Shown: in pieces, positions 48,901 through 63,900 of the stretch | Layout: every line of letters begins with the position of its first letter | Numbering within the stretch: position 1 is the stretch's first letter | Source: Antedon mediterranea | Lineage: Eukaryota > Animalia > Echinodermata | Reading direction: 5' to 3' | Assembly (NCBI RefSeq): GCF_964355755.1 | Contig: NC_092678.1 | Coordinates: forward strand, 9,856,352-9,920,351 | Length of the DNA stretch: 64,000 nt | The notes under the pieces: model-generated | Databases searched by the model: none | Told to the model about the DNA's origin: nothing | Seen by the model: only the letters and a program-made list of their open reading frames with translations | Translations under genes and position numbers: made by a program

Positions 48901-51900
48901 TTAACGAAATGCTCAAAATAGTCTATAACGGTTTCTAATGTGATTTTAAGCACTTTGATGTTTTTGTGTAACCAAGTTTTTTCGGAAATCACAAAATGGT
49001 CTAAAACGTCTCCAAATGCGATTTGAAGCTTTTCTAAGCACTTTGGTGTTTTTATGTTAACAAGTTTTTTCGAAAATCACAAAATTGTCTAAAACGTCTC
49101 AAAATGCGATTTGAAGGTATTCTGAGCACTTTGGTGTTTTTGTGTGAAAAAAGTTTTGTCGAAATGCTCAAAATGGTCTAAAACGTTTTTAAAACGATAT
49201 TAAGCTATTTTGTGCTCTTTGATGTTTTTGTGTAACCAAGTTTTATCGAAATGAACAAAATGGTCTAAAACGTCTCCAAATGCGATTTGAAGCTTTTCCA
49301 AGCACTTTGCTGTTTTTATATTAAGTTTTTTCGAAAATCACAAAATGGTCTAAAACGTCTCTAAATGCGATTTGAAGGTATTCTGAGCAATTTGGTGTTT
49401 TTGTGTGAAAAGTTTTAACGAAATGCTCAAAATTGTCTAAAACGGTTTCTAATGTGATTTTAAGCACTTTGATGTTTTTGTAAAACCAAGTTTCATCGAA
49501 ATGCACAAAATGGTCTAAAACGTCTCCAAATGCGATTTGAAGCTATTCTGTACACTTTGATGTTTTGTGTGAAAAAAGTTTTGTCGAAATGCTCAAAATG
49601 GTCTAAAACGTTTTTAAAACGATATTAAGCTATTTTGTGCTCTTTGATGTTTTTGTGTAACCAAGTTTTATCGAAATGAACAAAATGGTCTAAAACGTCT
49701 CCAAATGCGATTTGAAGCTTTTCCAAGCACTTTGCTGTTTTTATATTAAGTTTTTTCGAAAATCACAAAATGGTCTAAAACGTCTCTAAATGCGATTTGA
49801 AGGTATTCTGAGCAATTTGGTGTTTTTGTGTGAAAAGTTTTAACGAAATGCTCAAAATTGTCTAAAACGGTTTCTAATGTGATTTTAAGCACTTTGATGT
49901 TTTTGTAAAACCAAGTTTCATCGAAATGCACAAAATGGTCTAAAACGTCTCCAAATGCGATTTGAAGCTATTCTGTACACTTTGATGTTTTGTGTGAAAA
50001 AAGTTTTGTCGAAATGCTCAAAATGGTCTAAAACGTTTTTAAAACGATATTAAGCTATTTTGTGCTCTTTGATGTTTTTGTGTAACCAAGTTTTATCGAA
50101 ATGAACAAAATGGTCTAAAACGTCTCCAAATGCGATTTGAAGCTTTTCCAAGCACTTTGCTGTTTTTATGTTAACAGGTTTTTTCGAAAATCACAAAATG
50201 GTCTAAAACGTCTCAAAATGCGATTTGAAGGTATTCTGAGCACTTTGGTGTTTTTGTGTGAAAAGTTTTAACGAAATGCTCAAAATTGTCTAAAACGGTT
50301 TCTAATGTGATTTTAAGCACTTTGATGTTTTTGTAAAACCAAGTTTCATCGAAATGCACAAAATGGTCTAAAATGTCTCCAAATGCGATTTGAAGCTTTT
50401 CCAAGCACTTTGCTGTTTTTATGTTAACAAGCTTTTTCGAAAATCACAAAATGGTCTAAAACGTCTCCAAATGTGATTTGAAGATATTCTGAGCACTTTG
50501 GTGTTTTTATGTTAAAAAGTTTTTTCGAAAATCACAAAATGGTCTAAAACGTCTCCAAATGCGATTTGAAGATATTCTGAGCACTTTGGTGTTTTTATGT
50601 TAAAAAGTTTTTTCGAAAATCACAAAATGGTCTAAAACGTCTCCAAATGCGATTTGAAGCTATTCTGTACACTTTGATGTTTTGTGTGAAAAAGTTTTGT
50701 CGAAATGCTCAAAATGGTTTAAAACGTTTTTAAAACGATATTAAGCTATTTTGTGCTCTTTGATGTTTTTGTATAACCAAGTTTCATCGAAATGCACAAA
50801 ATGGTCTAAAACGTCTCCAAATACGATTTGAAGCTTTTCCAAGCACTTTGCTGTTTTTATGTTAACAAGTTTTTTCGAAAATCACAAAATTGTCTAAAAC
50901 GTCTCAAAATGCGATTTGAAGGTATTCTGAGCACTTTGGTGTTTTTGTGTGAAAAGTTTTAACGAAAAGCTCAAAATGGTCTAAAACGGTTCTAATGTGA
51001 TTTTAAGCACTTTGATGTTTTTGTACAACCAAGTTTCATCGAAATGCTCAAAATGGTCTAAAACGTTTTTAAAACGATATTAAGCTATTTTGTGCTCTTT
51101 GATGTTTTTGTGTAACCAAGTTTTTTTCGAAAATCACAAAATGGTCTAAAACGTCTCCAAATGCGATTTGAAGCTTTTCTAAGCACTTTGGTGTTTTTAT
51201 GTTAACAAGTTTTTTCGAAAATCGCAAAATGGTCTAAAACGTCTCAAAATGCGATTTGAAGGTATTCTGAGCACTTTGGTGTTTTTGTGTGAAAAGTTTT
51301 AACGAAATGCTCAAAATGGTCTAAAACGGTTTCTAATGTGATTTTAACCACTTTGATGTTTTTGTGTAACCAAGTTCTTTTCGAAAATCACAAAATGGTC
51401 TAAAACGTCTCAAAATGCGATTTGAAGCTTTTCTAAGCACTTTGGTGTTTTTATGTTAACAAGTTTTTTCGAAAATCACAAAATGGTCTAAAACGTCTCA
51501 AAATGCGATTTGAAGGTATTCTGAGCACTTTGGTGTTTTTGTGTGAAAAGTTTTAACGAAATGCTCAAAATGGTCTAAAACGGTTTCTAATGTGATTTTA
51601 ACCACTTTGATGTTTTTGTGTAACCAAGTTTTTTCGAAAATCACAAAATGGTCTAAAACGTCTCCAAATGCGATTTGAAGCTTTTCTAAGCACTTTGGTG
51701 TTTTTATGTTAACAAGTTTTTTCGAAAATCACAAAATGGTCTAAAACGTCTCCAAATGCGATTTGAAGCTATTCTGTACACTTTGATGTTTTGTGTGAAA
51801 AAAGTTTTGTCGAAATGCTCAAAATGGTCTAAAACGTTTTTAAAACGATATTAAGCTATTTTGTGCTCTTTGATGTTTTTGTGTAACCAAGTTTTATCGA

Positions 51901-54900
51901 AATGAACAAAATGTTCTAAAACGTCTCCAAATGCGATTTGAAGCTTTTCCAAGCACTTTGCTGTTTTTATGTTAAGTTTTTTCGAAAATCACAAAATGGT
52001 CTAAAACGTCTCTAAATGCGATTTGAAGGTATTCTGAGCACTTTGGTGTTTTTGTGTGAAAAGTTTTAACGAAATGCTCAAAATTGTCTAAAACGGTTTC
52101 TAATGTGATTTTAAGCACTTTGATGTTTTTGTAAAACCAAGTTTCATCGAAATGCACAAAATGGTCTAAAACGTCTCCAAATGCGATTTGAAGATATTCT
52201 GAGGACTTTGGTGTTTTTATGTTAAAAAGTTTTTTCGAAAATCACAAAATGGTCTAAAACGTCTCCAAATGCGATTTGAAGATATTCTGAGCACTTTGGT
52301 GTTTTTATGTTAAAAAGTTTTTTCGAAAATCACAAAATGGTCTAAAACGTCTCCAAATGCGATTTGAAGGTCTTCTGTACACTTTGATGTTTTGTGTGAA
52401 AAAGTTTTTTCAAAATGCTCAAAATGGTCTAAAACGTTTTTAAAACGATATTAAGCTATTTTGTGCTCTTTGATGTTTTTGTATAACCAAGTTTTTTCGA
52501 AAATCACAAAATGGTCTAAAACGTCTCCAAATGCGATTTGAAGCTTTTCCAAGCACTTTGCTGTTTTTATGTTAACAAGTTTTTTCGAAAATCACAAAAT
52601 GGTCTAAAACGTCTCAAAATACGATATTAAGCTGTTTTGTGCACTTTGATGATTTGTGTGAAAAGTTTTAACGAAATGCTCAAAATGGTCTAAAACGGTT
52701 TCTAATGTGATTTTAAGCACTTTGATGTTTTTATGTAGCCAAGTTTTTTCGAAAATCACAAAATGGTCAAAAACGTCTCCAAATGTGATTTGAAGCTTTT
52801 CTAAGCACTTTGGTTTTTTTATGTTAACAAGTTTTTTCGAAAATCACAAAATGGTCTAAAACGTCTTCAAATGCGATTTGAAGATATTCTGAGCACTTTG
52901 GTGTTTTTCTGTTAACAATTTTTTTCGAAAATCATAAAATGGTCTAAAACGTCTCCAAATGCGATTTGAAGCTATTCTGTACACTTTGATGTTTTGTGTG
53001 AAAAGTTTTGTCGAAATGCTCAAAATGGTCTAAAACGTTTTTAAAACGATATTAAGCTATTTTGTGCTCTTTGATGTCTTTGTGTAACCAAGTTTCATCG
53101 AAATGAACAAAATGGTCTAAAACGTCTCCAAATGCGATTTGAAGCTTTTCTAAGCACTTTGGTGTTTTTATGTTAACAAGTTTTTTCGAAAATCACAAAA
53201 TGGTCTAAAACGTCTCCAAATGCGATTTGAAGCTTTTCTAAGCACTTTGGTGTTTTTATGTTAACAAGTTTTTTCGAAAATCACAAAATGGTCTAAAACG
53301 TCTCAAAATGCGATTTGAAGGTATTCTGAGCACTTTGGTGTTTTTGTGTGAAAAGTTTTAACGAAATGCTCAAAATGGTCTAAAACGGTTTCTAATGTCA
53401 TTTTAACCACTTTGATGTTTTTGTGTAACCAAGTTCTTTTCGAAAATCACAAAATGGTCTAAAACGTCTCCAAATGCGATTTGAAGCTCTTCTGTACACT
53501 TTGATGTTTTGTGTGAAAAAGTTTTGTCGAAATGCTCAAAATGGTCTAAAACGTTTTTAAATACGATATTAAGCTGTTTTGTGCACTTTGATGATTTGTG
53601 TGAAAAGTTTTAACGAAATGCTCAAAATAGTCTATAACGGTTTCTAATGTGATTTTAAGCACTTTGATGTTTTTGTGTAATCAAGTTTTTTTGGAAATCA
53701 CAAAATGGTCTAAAACGTCTCCAAATGCGATTTGAAGCTTTTCTAAGCACTTTGGTGTTTTTATGTTAACAAGTTTTTTCGAAAATCACAAAATGGTCTA
53801 AAACGTCTCAAAATGCGATTTGAAGGTATTCTGAGCACTTTGGTGTTTTTGTGTGAAAAGTTTTAACGAAATGCTCAAAATGGTCTAAAACGGTTTCTAA
53901 TGTGATTTTAACCACTTTGATGTTTTTGTGTAACCAAGTTTTTTCGAAAATCACAAAATGGTCTAAAACGTCTCCAAATGCGATTTGAAGCTATTCTGTA
54001 CACTTTGATGTTTTGTGTGAAAAAAGTTTTGTCGAAATGCTCAAAATGGTCTAAAACGTTTTTAAAACGATATTAAGCTATTTTATGCTCTTTGATGTTT
54101 TTGTGTAACCAAGTTTTTTCGAAAATCACAAAATTGTCTAAAACGTCTCCGAATGCGATTTGAAGCTCTTCTGTACACTTTGATGTTTTGTGTGAAAAAG
54201 TTTTCTCGAAATGCTAAAAATGGTATAAAAACGTTTTCCAATACCATATTAAGCTATTTTGTGCAATTTGATGTTTTTGTGTAACCAAGTTTTTTCGAAA
54301 ATCACAAAATTGTCTAAAACGTCTCCGAATGCGATTTGAAGCTCTTCTGTACACTTTGATGTTTTGTGTGAAAAAGTTTTTTCGAAATGCTAAAAATGGT
54401 CTAAAACGTTTTCCAATACCATATTAAGCTATTTTGTGCAATTTGATGTTTTTGTGTAACAAAGTTTTTTCGAAAATCACAAAATGGTCTAAAACGTCTC
54501 CAAATGCGATTTGAAGATATTCTGAGCACTTTGGTGTTTTTATGTTAAAAAGTTTTTTGGAAAATCACAAAATGGTCTAAAACGACTCCAAATGCGATTT
54601 GAAGCTATCCTGTACACTTTGATGTTTTGTGTGAAAAAGTTTTGTCGAAATGCTCAAAATGATCTAAAACGTTTTTAAAACGATATTAAGCTATTTTGTG
54701 CTCTTTGATGTTTTTGTGTATCCAAGTTTCATCGAAATGAACAAAATGGTCTAAAACGTCTCCAAATGCGATTTGAAAGTATTCTGAGCACTTTGGTGTT
54801 TTTGTGTGAAAAGTTTTAACGAAATGCTCAAAATGGTCTAAAACGGTTTCTAATGTGATTTTAACCACTTTGATGTTTTTGTGTAACCAACTTCTTTTCG

Positions 54901-57900
54901 AAAATCACAAAATGGTCTAAAACGTCTCCAAATGCGATTTGAAGCTTTTCTAAGCACTTTGGTGTTTTTATGTTAAAAAGTTTTTTCGAAAATCACAAAA
55001 TGGTCTAAAACGTCTCCAAATGCGATTTGAAGCTCTTCTGTACACTTTGATGTTTTGTGTGAAAAAGTTTTGTCGAAATGCTCAAAATGGTCTAAAACGT
55101 TTTTAAATACGATATTAAGCTGTTTTGTGCACTTTGATGATTTGTGTGAAAAGTTTTAACGAAATGTTCAAAATAGTCTAAAACGGTTTCTAATGTGATT
55201 TTAAGCACTTTGATGTTTTTGTGTAACCAAGTTTTTTCGGAAATCACAAAATGGTCTAAAACGTCTCAAAATGCGATTTGAAGCTTTTCTAAGCACTTTG
55301 GTGTTTTTATGTTAACAAGTTTTTTCGAAAATCACAAAATGGTCTAAAATTTCTCAAAATGCGATTGAAGGTATTCTGAGCACTTTGGTGTTTTTGTGTG
55401 AAAAGTTTTAACGAAATGCTCAAAATGGTCTAAAACGGTTCTAATGTGATTTTAAGCACTTTGATGTTTTTGTATAACCAAGTTTCATCGAAATGCTCAA
55501 AATGATGTAAAACGTTTTTAAAACGATATTAAGCTATTTTGTGCTCTTTGATGTTTTTGTGTAACCAAGTTTTTTCGAAAATCACAAAATGGTCTAAAAC
55601 GTCTCCAAATGCGATTTGAAGCTTTTCTAAGCACTTTGGTGTTTTTATGTTAACAAGTTTTTTCGAAAATCACAAAATGGTCTAAAACGTCTCAAAATGC
55701 GATTTGAAGGTATTCTGAGCACTTTGGTGTTTTTGTGTGAAAAGTTTTAACGAAATGCTCAAAATGGTCTAAAACGGTTTCTAATGTGATTTTAACCACT
55801 TTGATGTTTTTGTGTAACCAAGTTTTTTCGAAACTCACAAAATGGTCTAAAACGTCTCCAAATGCGATTTGAAGCTTTTCTAAGCACTTTGGTGTTTTTA
55901 TGTTAACAAGTTTTTTCGAAAATCACAAAATGGTCTAAAACGTCTCAAATAGCGATTTGAAGCTATTCTGTACACTTTGATGTTTTGTGTGAAAAAAGTT
56001 TTGTCGAAATGCTCAAAATGGTCTAAAACGTTTTTAAAACGATATTAAGCTATTTTATGCTCTTTGATGTTTTTGTGTAACCAAGTTTTTTCGAAAATCA
56101 CAAAATTGTCTAAAACGTCTCCGAATGCGATTTGAAGCTCTTCTGTACACTTTGATGTTTTGTGTGAAAAAGTTTTCTCGAAATGCTAAAAATGGTATAA
56201 AAACGTTTTCCAATACCATATTAAGCTATTTTGTGCAATTTGATGTTTTTGTGTAACCAAGTTTTTTCGAAAATCACAAAATTGTCTAAAACGTCTCCGA
56301 ATGCGATTTGAAGCTCTTCTGTACACTTTGATGTTTTGTGTGAAAAAGTTTTTTCGAAATGCTAAAAATGGTCTAAAACGTTTTCCAATACCATATTAAG
56401 CTATTTTGTGCAATTTGATGTTTTTGTGTAACAAAGTTTTTTCGAAAATCACAAAATGGTCTAAAACGTCTCCAAATGCGATTTGAAGATATTCTGAGCA
56501 CTTTGGTGTTTTTATGTTAAAAAGTTTTTTGGAAAATCACAAAATGGTCTAAAACGACTCCAAATGCGATTTGAAGCTATCCTGTACACTTTGATGTTTT
56601 GTGTGAAAAAGTTTTGTCGAAATGCTCAAAATGGTCTAAAACGTTTTTAAATACGATATTAAGCTGTTTTGTGCACTTTGATGATTTGTGTGAAAAGTTT
56701 TAACGAAATGTTCAAAATAGTCTAAAACGGTTTCTAATGTGATTTTAAGCACTTTGATGTTTTTGTGTAACCAAGTTTTTTCGGAAATCACAAAATGGTC
56801 TAAAACGTCTCAAAATGCGATTTGAAGCTTTTCTAAGCACTTTGGTGTTTTTATGTTAACAAGTTTTTTCGAAAATCACAAAATGGTCTAAAACGTCTCA
56901 AAATGCGATTGAAGGTATTCTGAGCACTTTGGTGTTTTTGTGTGAAAAGTTTTAACGAAATGCTCAAAATGGTCTAAAACGGTTCTAATGTGATTTTAAG
57001 CACTTTGATGTTTTTGTATAACCAAGTTTCATCGAAATGCTCAAAATGATGTAAAACGTTTTTAAAACGATATTAAGCTATTTTGTGCTCTTTGATGTTT
57101 TTGTGTAACCAAGTTTTTTCGAAAATCACAAAATGGTCTAAAACGTCTCCAAATGCGATTTGAAGCTTTTCTAAGCACTTTGGTGTTTTTATGTTAACAA
57201 GTTTTTTCGAAAATCACAAAATGGTCTAAAACGTCTCAAAATGCGATTTGAAGGTATTCTGAGCACTTTGGTGTTTTTGTGTGAAAAGTTTTAACGAAAT
57301 GCTCAAAATGGTCTAAAACGGTTTCTAATGTGATTTTAACCACTTTGATGTTTTTGTGTAACCAAGTTTTTTCGAAAATCACAAAATGGTCTAAAACGTC
57401 TCCAAATGCGATTTGAAGCTTTTCTAAGCACTTTGGTGTTTTTATGTTAACAAGTTTTTTCGAAAATCACAAAATGGTCTAAAACGTCTCAAATAGCGAT
57501 TTGAAGCTATTCTGTACACTTTGATGTTTTGTGTGAAAAAAGTTTTGTCGAAATGCTCAAAATGGTCTAAAACGTTTTTAAAACGATATTAAGCTATTTT
57601 GTGCTCTTTGATGTTTTTGTGTAACCAAGTTTTATCGAAATGAACAAAATGGTCTAAAACGTCTCCAAATGCGATTTGAAGCTTTTCCAAGCACTTTGCT
57701 GTTTTTATGTTAACAAGTTTTTTCGAAAATCACAAAATGGTCTAAAACATCTCCAAATGCGATTTGAAGATATTCTGAGCACTTTGGTGTTTTTATGTTA
57801 AAAAGTTTTTTCGAAAATCACAAAATGGTCTAGAACGTCTCCAAATGCGATTTGAAGCTCTTCTGTACACTTTGATGTTTTGTGTGAAAAAGTTTTGTCA

Positions 57901-60900
57901 AAATGCTCAAAATGGTCTAAAACGTTTTTAAAACGATATTAAGCTATTTTGTGCTCTTTGATGTTTTTGTATAACCAAGTTTTTTCGAAAATCACAAAAT
58001 GGTCTAAAACGTCTCCAAATGCGATTTGAAAATATTCTGAGCACTTTGGTGTTTTTATGTTAAAAAGTTTTTTCGAAAATCACAAAATGGTCTAAAACGT
58101 CTCCAAATGCGATTTGAAGATATTCTGAGCACTTTGGTGTTTTTATGTTAAAAAGTTTTTTCGAAAATCACAAAATGGTCTAAAACGTCTCCAAATGCGA
58201 TTTGAAGCTATTCTATACACTTTGATGTTTTGTGTTAAAAAGTTTTGTCGAAATGCTCAAAATGGTTTAAAACGTTTTTAAAACGATATTAAGCTATTTT
58301 GTGCTCTTTGATGTTTTTGTGTAACCAAGTTTCATCGAAATGAACAAAATGGTCTAAAACGTCTCCAAATGCGATTTGAAGCTTTTCCAAGCACTTTGCT
58401 GTTTTTATGTTAACAAGTTTTTTCGAAAATCACAAAATTGTCTAAAACGTCTCAAAATGCGATTTGAAGGTATTCTGAGCACTTTGGTGTTTTTGTGTGA
58501 AAAGTTTTAACGAAAAGCTCAAAATGGTCTAAAACGGTTCTAATGTGATTTTAAGCACTTTGATGTTTTTGTACAACCAAGTTTCATCGAAATGCTCAAA
58601 ATGGTCTAAAACGTTTTTAAAACGATATTAAGCTATTTTGTGCTCTTTGATGTTTTTGTGTAACCAAGTTTTTTCGAAAATCACAAAATGGTCTAAAACG
58701 TCTCCAAATGCGATTTGAAGCTTTTCTAAGCACTTTGGTGTTTTTATGTTAACAAGTTTTTTCGAAAATCACAAAATGGTCTAAAACGTCTCAAAATGCG
58801 ATTTGAAGGTATTCTGAGCACTTTGGTGTTTTTGTGTGAAAAGTTTTAACGAAATGCTCAAAATGGTCTAAAACGGTTTCTAATGTGATTTTAACCACTT
58901 TGATGTTTTTGTGTAACCAAGTTTTTTCGAAAATCACAAAATGGTCTAAAACGTCTCCAAATGCGATTTGAAGCTTTTCTAAGCACTTTGGTGTTTTTAT
59001 GTTAACAAGTTTTTTCGAAAATCACAAAATGGTCTAAAACGTCTCCAAATGCGATTTGAAGATATTCTGAGCACTTTGGTGTTTTTCTGTTAAAAAGTAA
59101 TTTCGAAAATCACAAAATGGTCTAAAACGTCTCCAAATGCAATTTGAAGCTATTCTGTACACTTTGATGTTTTGTGTGAAAAAGTTTTGTCAAAATGCTC
59201 AAAATGGTCTAAAACGTTTTTAAAACGATATTAAGCTATTTTGTGCTCTTTGATGTTTTTGTATAACCAAGTTTTTTCGAAAATCACAAAATGGTCTAAA
59301 ACGTCTCCAAATGCGATTTGAAGCTTTTCTAAACACTTTGGTGTTTTTATGTTAACAAGTTTTTTCGAAAATCACAAAATGGTCTAAAACGTCTCCAAAT
59401 CCGATTTGAAGCTATTCTGTACACTTTGATGTTTTGTGTGAAAAAGTTTTGTCGAAATGCTCAAAATGGTCTAAAACGTTTTTAAAACGATATTAAGCTA
59501 TTTTGTGCTCTTTGATGTTTTTGTGTAACCAAGTTTCATCGATATGAACAAAATGGTCTTAAACGTCTCAAAATGCGATTTGAAGGTATTCTGAGCACTT
59601 TGGTGTTTTTGGGTGAAAAGTTTTAACGAAATGCTCAAAATGGTCTAAAACGGTTTCTAATGTGATTTTAAGCACTTTGAAGTATTTGTAAAAACAAGTT
59701 TCATCGAAATGCACAAAATAGTCTAAAACGTCTCCAAATGCGATTTGAAGCTTTTCTAAGCACTTTGGTGTTTTTATGTTAACAAGTTTTTTCGAAAATC
59801 ACAAAATGGTCTAAAACGTCTCCAAATGCGATTTGAAGATATTCTGAGCACTTTGCTGTTTTTATGTTAACATGTTTTTTCGAAAATCACAAAATGGTCT
59901 AAAACGTCTCAAAATGCTATTTGAAGGTATTCTGAGCACTTTGGTGTTTTTGTGTGAAAAGTTTTAACGAAATGCTCAAAATGGTCTAAAACGGTTCTAA
60001 TGTGATTTTAAACACTTTGATGTTTTGTGTGAAAAAGTTTTGTCAAAATGCTCAAAATGGTCTAAAACGTTTTTAAAACGATATTAAGCTATTTTGTGCT
60101 CTTTGATGTTTTTGTATAACCAAGTTTTTTCGAAAATCACAAAATGGTCTAAAACGTCTCCAAATGCGATTTGAAGCTTTTCCAAGCACTTTGCTGTTTT
60201 TATGTTAACAAGTTTTTTCGAAAATCACAAAATGGTCTAAAACGTCTCAAAATACGATATTAAGCTGTTTTGTGCACTTTGATGATTTGTGTGAAAAGTT
60301 TTAACGAAATGCTCAAAATGGTCTAAAACGGTTTCTAATGTGATTTTAAGCACTTTGATGTTTTTATGTAGCCAAGTTTTTTCGAAAATCACAAAATGGT
60401 CAAAAACGTCTCCAAATGTGATTTGAAGCTTTTCTAAGCACTTTGGTTTTTTTATGTTAACAAGTTTTTTCGAAAATCACAAAATGGTCTAAAACGTCTT
60501 CAAATGCGATTTGAAGATATTCTGAGCACTTTGGTGTTTTTCTGTTAACAATTTTTTTCGAAAATCATAAAATGGTCTAAAACGTCTCCAAATGCGATTT
60601 GAAGCTATTCTGTACACTTTGATGTTTTGTGTGAAAAGTTTTGTCGAAATGCTCAAAATGGTCTAAAACGTTTTTAAAACGATATTAAGCTATTTTGTGC
60701 TCTTTGATGTCTTTGTGTAACCAAGTTTCATCGAAATGAACAAAATGGTCTAAAACGTCTCCAAATGCGATTTGAAGCTTTTCTAAGCACTTTGGTGTTT
60801 TTATGTTAACAAGTTTTTTCGAAAATCACAAAATGGTCTAAAACGTCTCCAAATGCGATTTGAAGCTTTTCTAAGCACTTTGGTGTTTTTATGTTAACAA

Positions 60901-63900
60901 GTTTTTTCGAAAATCACAAAATGGTCTAAAACGTCTCAAAATGCGATTTGAAGGTATTCTGAGCACTTTGGTGTTTTTGTGTGAAAAGTTTTAACGAAAT
61001 GCTCAAAATGGTCTAAAACGGTTTCTAATGTCATTTTAACCACTTTGATGTTTTTGTGTAACCAAGTTCTTTTCGAAAATCACAAAATGGTCTAAAACGT
61101 CTCCAAATGCGATTTGAAGCTCTTCTGTACACTTTGATGTTTTGTGTGAAAAAGTTTTGTCGAAATGCTCAAAATGGTCTAAAACGTTTTTAAATACGAT
61201 ATTAAGCTGTTTTGTGCACTTTGATGATTTGTGTGAAAAGTTTTAACGAAATGCTCAAAATAGTCTATAACGGTTTCTAATGTGATTTTAAGCACTTTGA
61301 TGTTTTTGTGTAATCAAGTTTTTTTGGAAATCACAAAATGGTCTAAAACGTCTCCAAATGCGATTTGAAGCTTTTCTAAGCACTTTGGTGTTTTTATGTT
61401 AACAAGTTTTTTCGAAAATCACAAAATGGTCTAAAACGTCTCAAAATGCGATTTGAAGGTATTCTGAGCACTTTGGTGTTTTTGTGTGAAAAGTTTTAAC
61501 GAAATGCTCAAAATGGTCTAAAACGGTTTCTAATGTGATTTTAACCACTTTGATGTTTTTGTGTAACCAAGTTTTTTCGAAAATCACAAAATGGTCTAAA
61601 ACGTCTCCAAATGCGATTTGAAGCTATTCTGTACACTTTGATGTTTTGTGTGAAAAAAGTTTTGTCGAAATGCTCAAAATGGTCTAAAACGTTTTTAAAA
61701 CGATATTAAGCTATTTTATGCTCTTTGATGTTTTTGTGTAACCAAGTTTTTTCGAAAATCACAAAATTGTCTAAAACGTCTCCGAATGCGATTTGAAGCT
61801 CTTCTGTACACTTTGATGTTTTGTGTGAAAAAGTTTTCTCGAAATGCTAAAAATGGTATAAAAACGTTTTCCAATACCATATTAAGCTATTTTGTGCAAT
61901 TTGATGTTTTTGTGTAACCAAGTTTTTTCGAAAATCACAAAATTGTCTAAAACGTCTCCGAATGCGATTTGAAGCTCTTCTGTACACTTTGATGTTTTGT
62001 GTGAAAAAGTTTTTTCGAAATGCTAAAAATGGTCTAAAACGTTTTCCAATACCATATTAAGCTATTTTGTGCAATTTGATGTTTTTGTGTAACAAAGTTT
62101 TTTCGAAAATCACAAAATGGTCTAAAACGTCTCCAAATGCGATTTGAAGATATTCTGAGCACTTTGGTGTTTTTATGTTAAAAAGTTTTTTGGAAAATCA
62201 CAAAATGGTCTAAAACGACTCCAAATGCGATTTGAAGCTATCCTGTACACTTTGATGTTTTGTGTGAAAAAGTTTTGTCGAAATGCTCAAAATGATCTAA
62301 AACGTTTTTAAAACGATATTAAGCTATTTTGTGCTCTTTGATGTTTTTGTGTATCCAAGTTTCATCGAAATGAACAAAATGGTCTAAAACGTCTCCAAAT
62401 GCGATTTGAAAGTATTCTGAGCACTTTGGTGTTTTTGTGTGAAAAGTTTTAACGAAATGCTCAAAATGGTCTAAAACGGTTTCTAATGTGATTTTAACCA
62501 CTTTGATGTTTTTGTGTAACCAACTTCTTTTCGAAAATCACAAAATGGTCTAAAACGTCTCCAAATGCGATTTGAAGCTTTTCTAAGCACTTTGGTGTTT
62601 TTATGTTAAAAAGTTTTTTCGAAAATCACAAAATGGTCTAAAACGTCTCCAAATGCGATTTGAAGCTCTTCTGTACACTTTGATGTTTTGTGTGAAAAAG
62701 TTTTGTCGAAATGCTCAAAATGGTCTAAAACGTTTTTAAATACGATATTAAGCTGTTTTGTGCACTTTGATGATTTGTGTGAAAAGTTTTAACGAAATGT
62801 TCAAAATAGTCTAAAACGGTTTCTAATGTGATTTTAAGCACTTTGATGTTTTTGTGTAACCAAGTTTTTTCGGAAATCACAAAATGGTCTAAAACGTCTC
62901 AAAATGCGATTTGAAGCTTTTCTAAGCACTTTGGTGTTTTTATGTTAACAAGTTTTTTCGAAAATCACAAAATGGTCTAAAATTTCTCAAAATGCGATTG
63001 AAGGTATTCTGAGCACTTTGGTGTTTTTGTGTGAAAAGTTTTAACGAAATGCTCAAAATGGTCTAAAACGGTTCTAATGTGATTTTAAGCACTTTGATGT
63101 TTTTGTATAACCAAGTTTCATCGAAATGCTCAAAATGATGTAAAACGTTTTTAAAACGATATTAAGCTATTTTGTGCTCTTTGATGTTTTTGTGTAACCA
63201 AGTTTTTTCGAAAATCACAAAATGGTCTAAAACGTCTCCAAATGCGATTTGAAGCTTTTCTAAGCACTTTGGTGTTTTTATGTTAACAAGTTTTTTCGAA
63301 AATCACAAAATGGTCTAAAACGTCTCAAAATGCGATTTGAAGGTATTCTGAGCACTTTGGTGTTTTTGTGTGAAAAGTTTTAACGAAATGCTCAAAATGG
63401 TCTAAAACGGTTTCTAATGTGATTTTAACCACTTTGATGTTTTTGTGTAACCAAGTTTTTTCGAAACTCACAAAATGGTCTAAAACGTCTCCAAATGCGA
63501 TTTGAAGCTTTTCTAAGCACTTTGGTGTTTTTATGTTAACAAGTTTTTTCGAAAATCACAAAATGGTCTAAAACGTCTCAAATAGCGATTTGAAGCTATT
63601 CTGTACACTTTGATGTTTTGTGTGAAAAAAGTTTTGTCGAAATGCTCAAAATGGTCTAAAACGTTTTTAAAACGATATTAAGCTATTTTATGCTCTTTGA
63701 TGTTTTTGTGTAACCAAGTTTTTTCGAAAATCACAAAATTGTCTAAAACGTCTCCGAATGCGATTTGAAGCTCTTCTGTACACTTTGATGTTTTGTGTGA
63801 AAAAGTTTTCTCGAAATGCTAAAAATGGTATAAAAACGTTTTCCAATACCATATTAAGCTATTTTGTGCAATTTGATGTTTTTGTGTAACCAAGTTTTTT

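Noticed and set aside
1345-62501. Many 60-76 aa minus-strand ORFs (MHFDETW..., MEKLQIAF..., MVKITLE...)
   Set aside because: They are chance open frames in satellite monomers, start at GTG/TTG, recur with the duplications and show no domain motifs.
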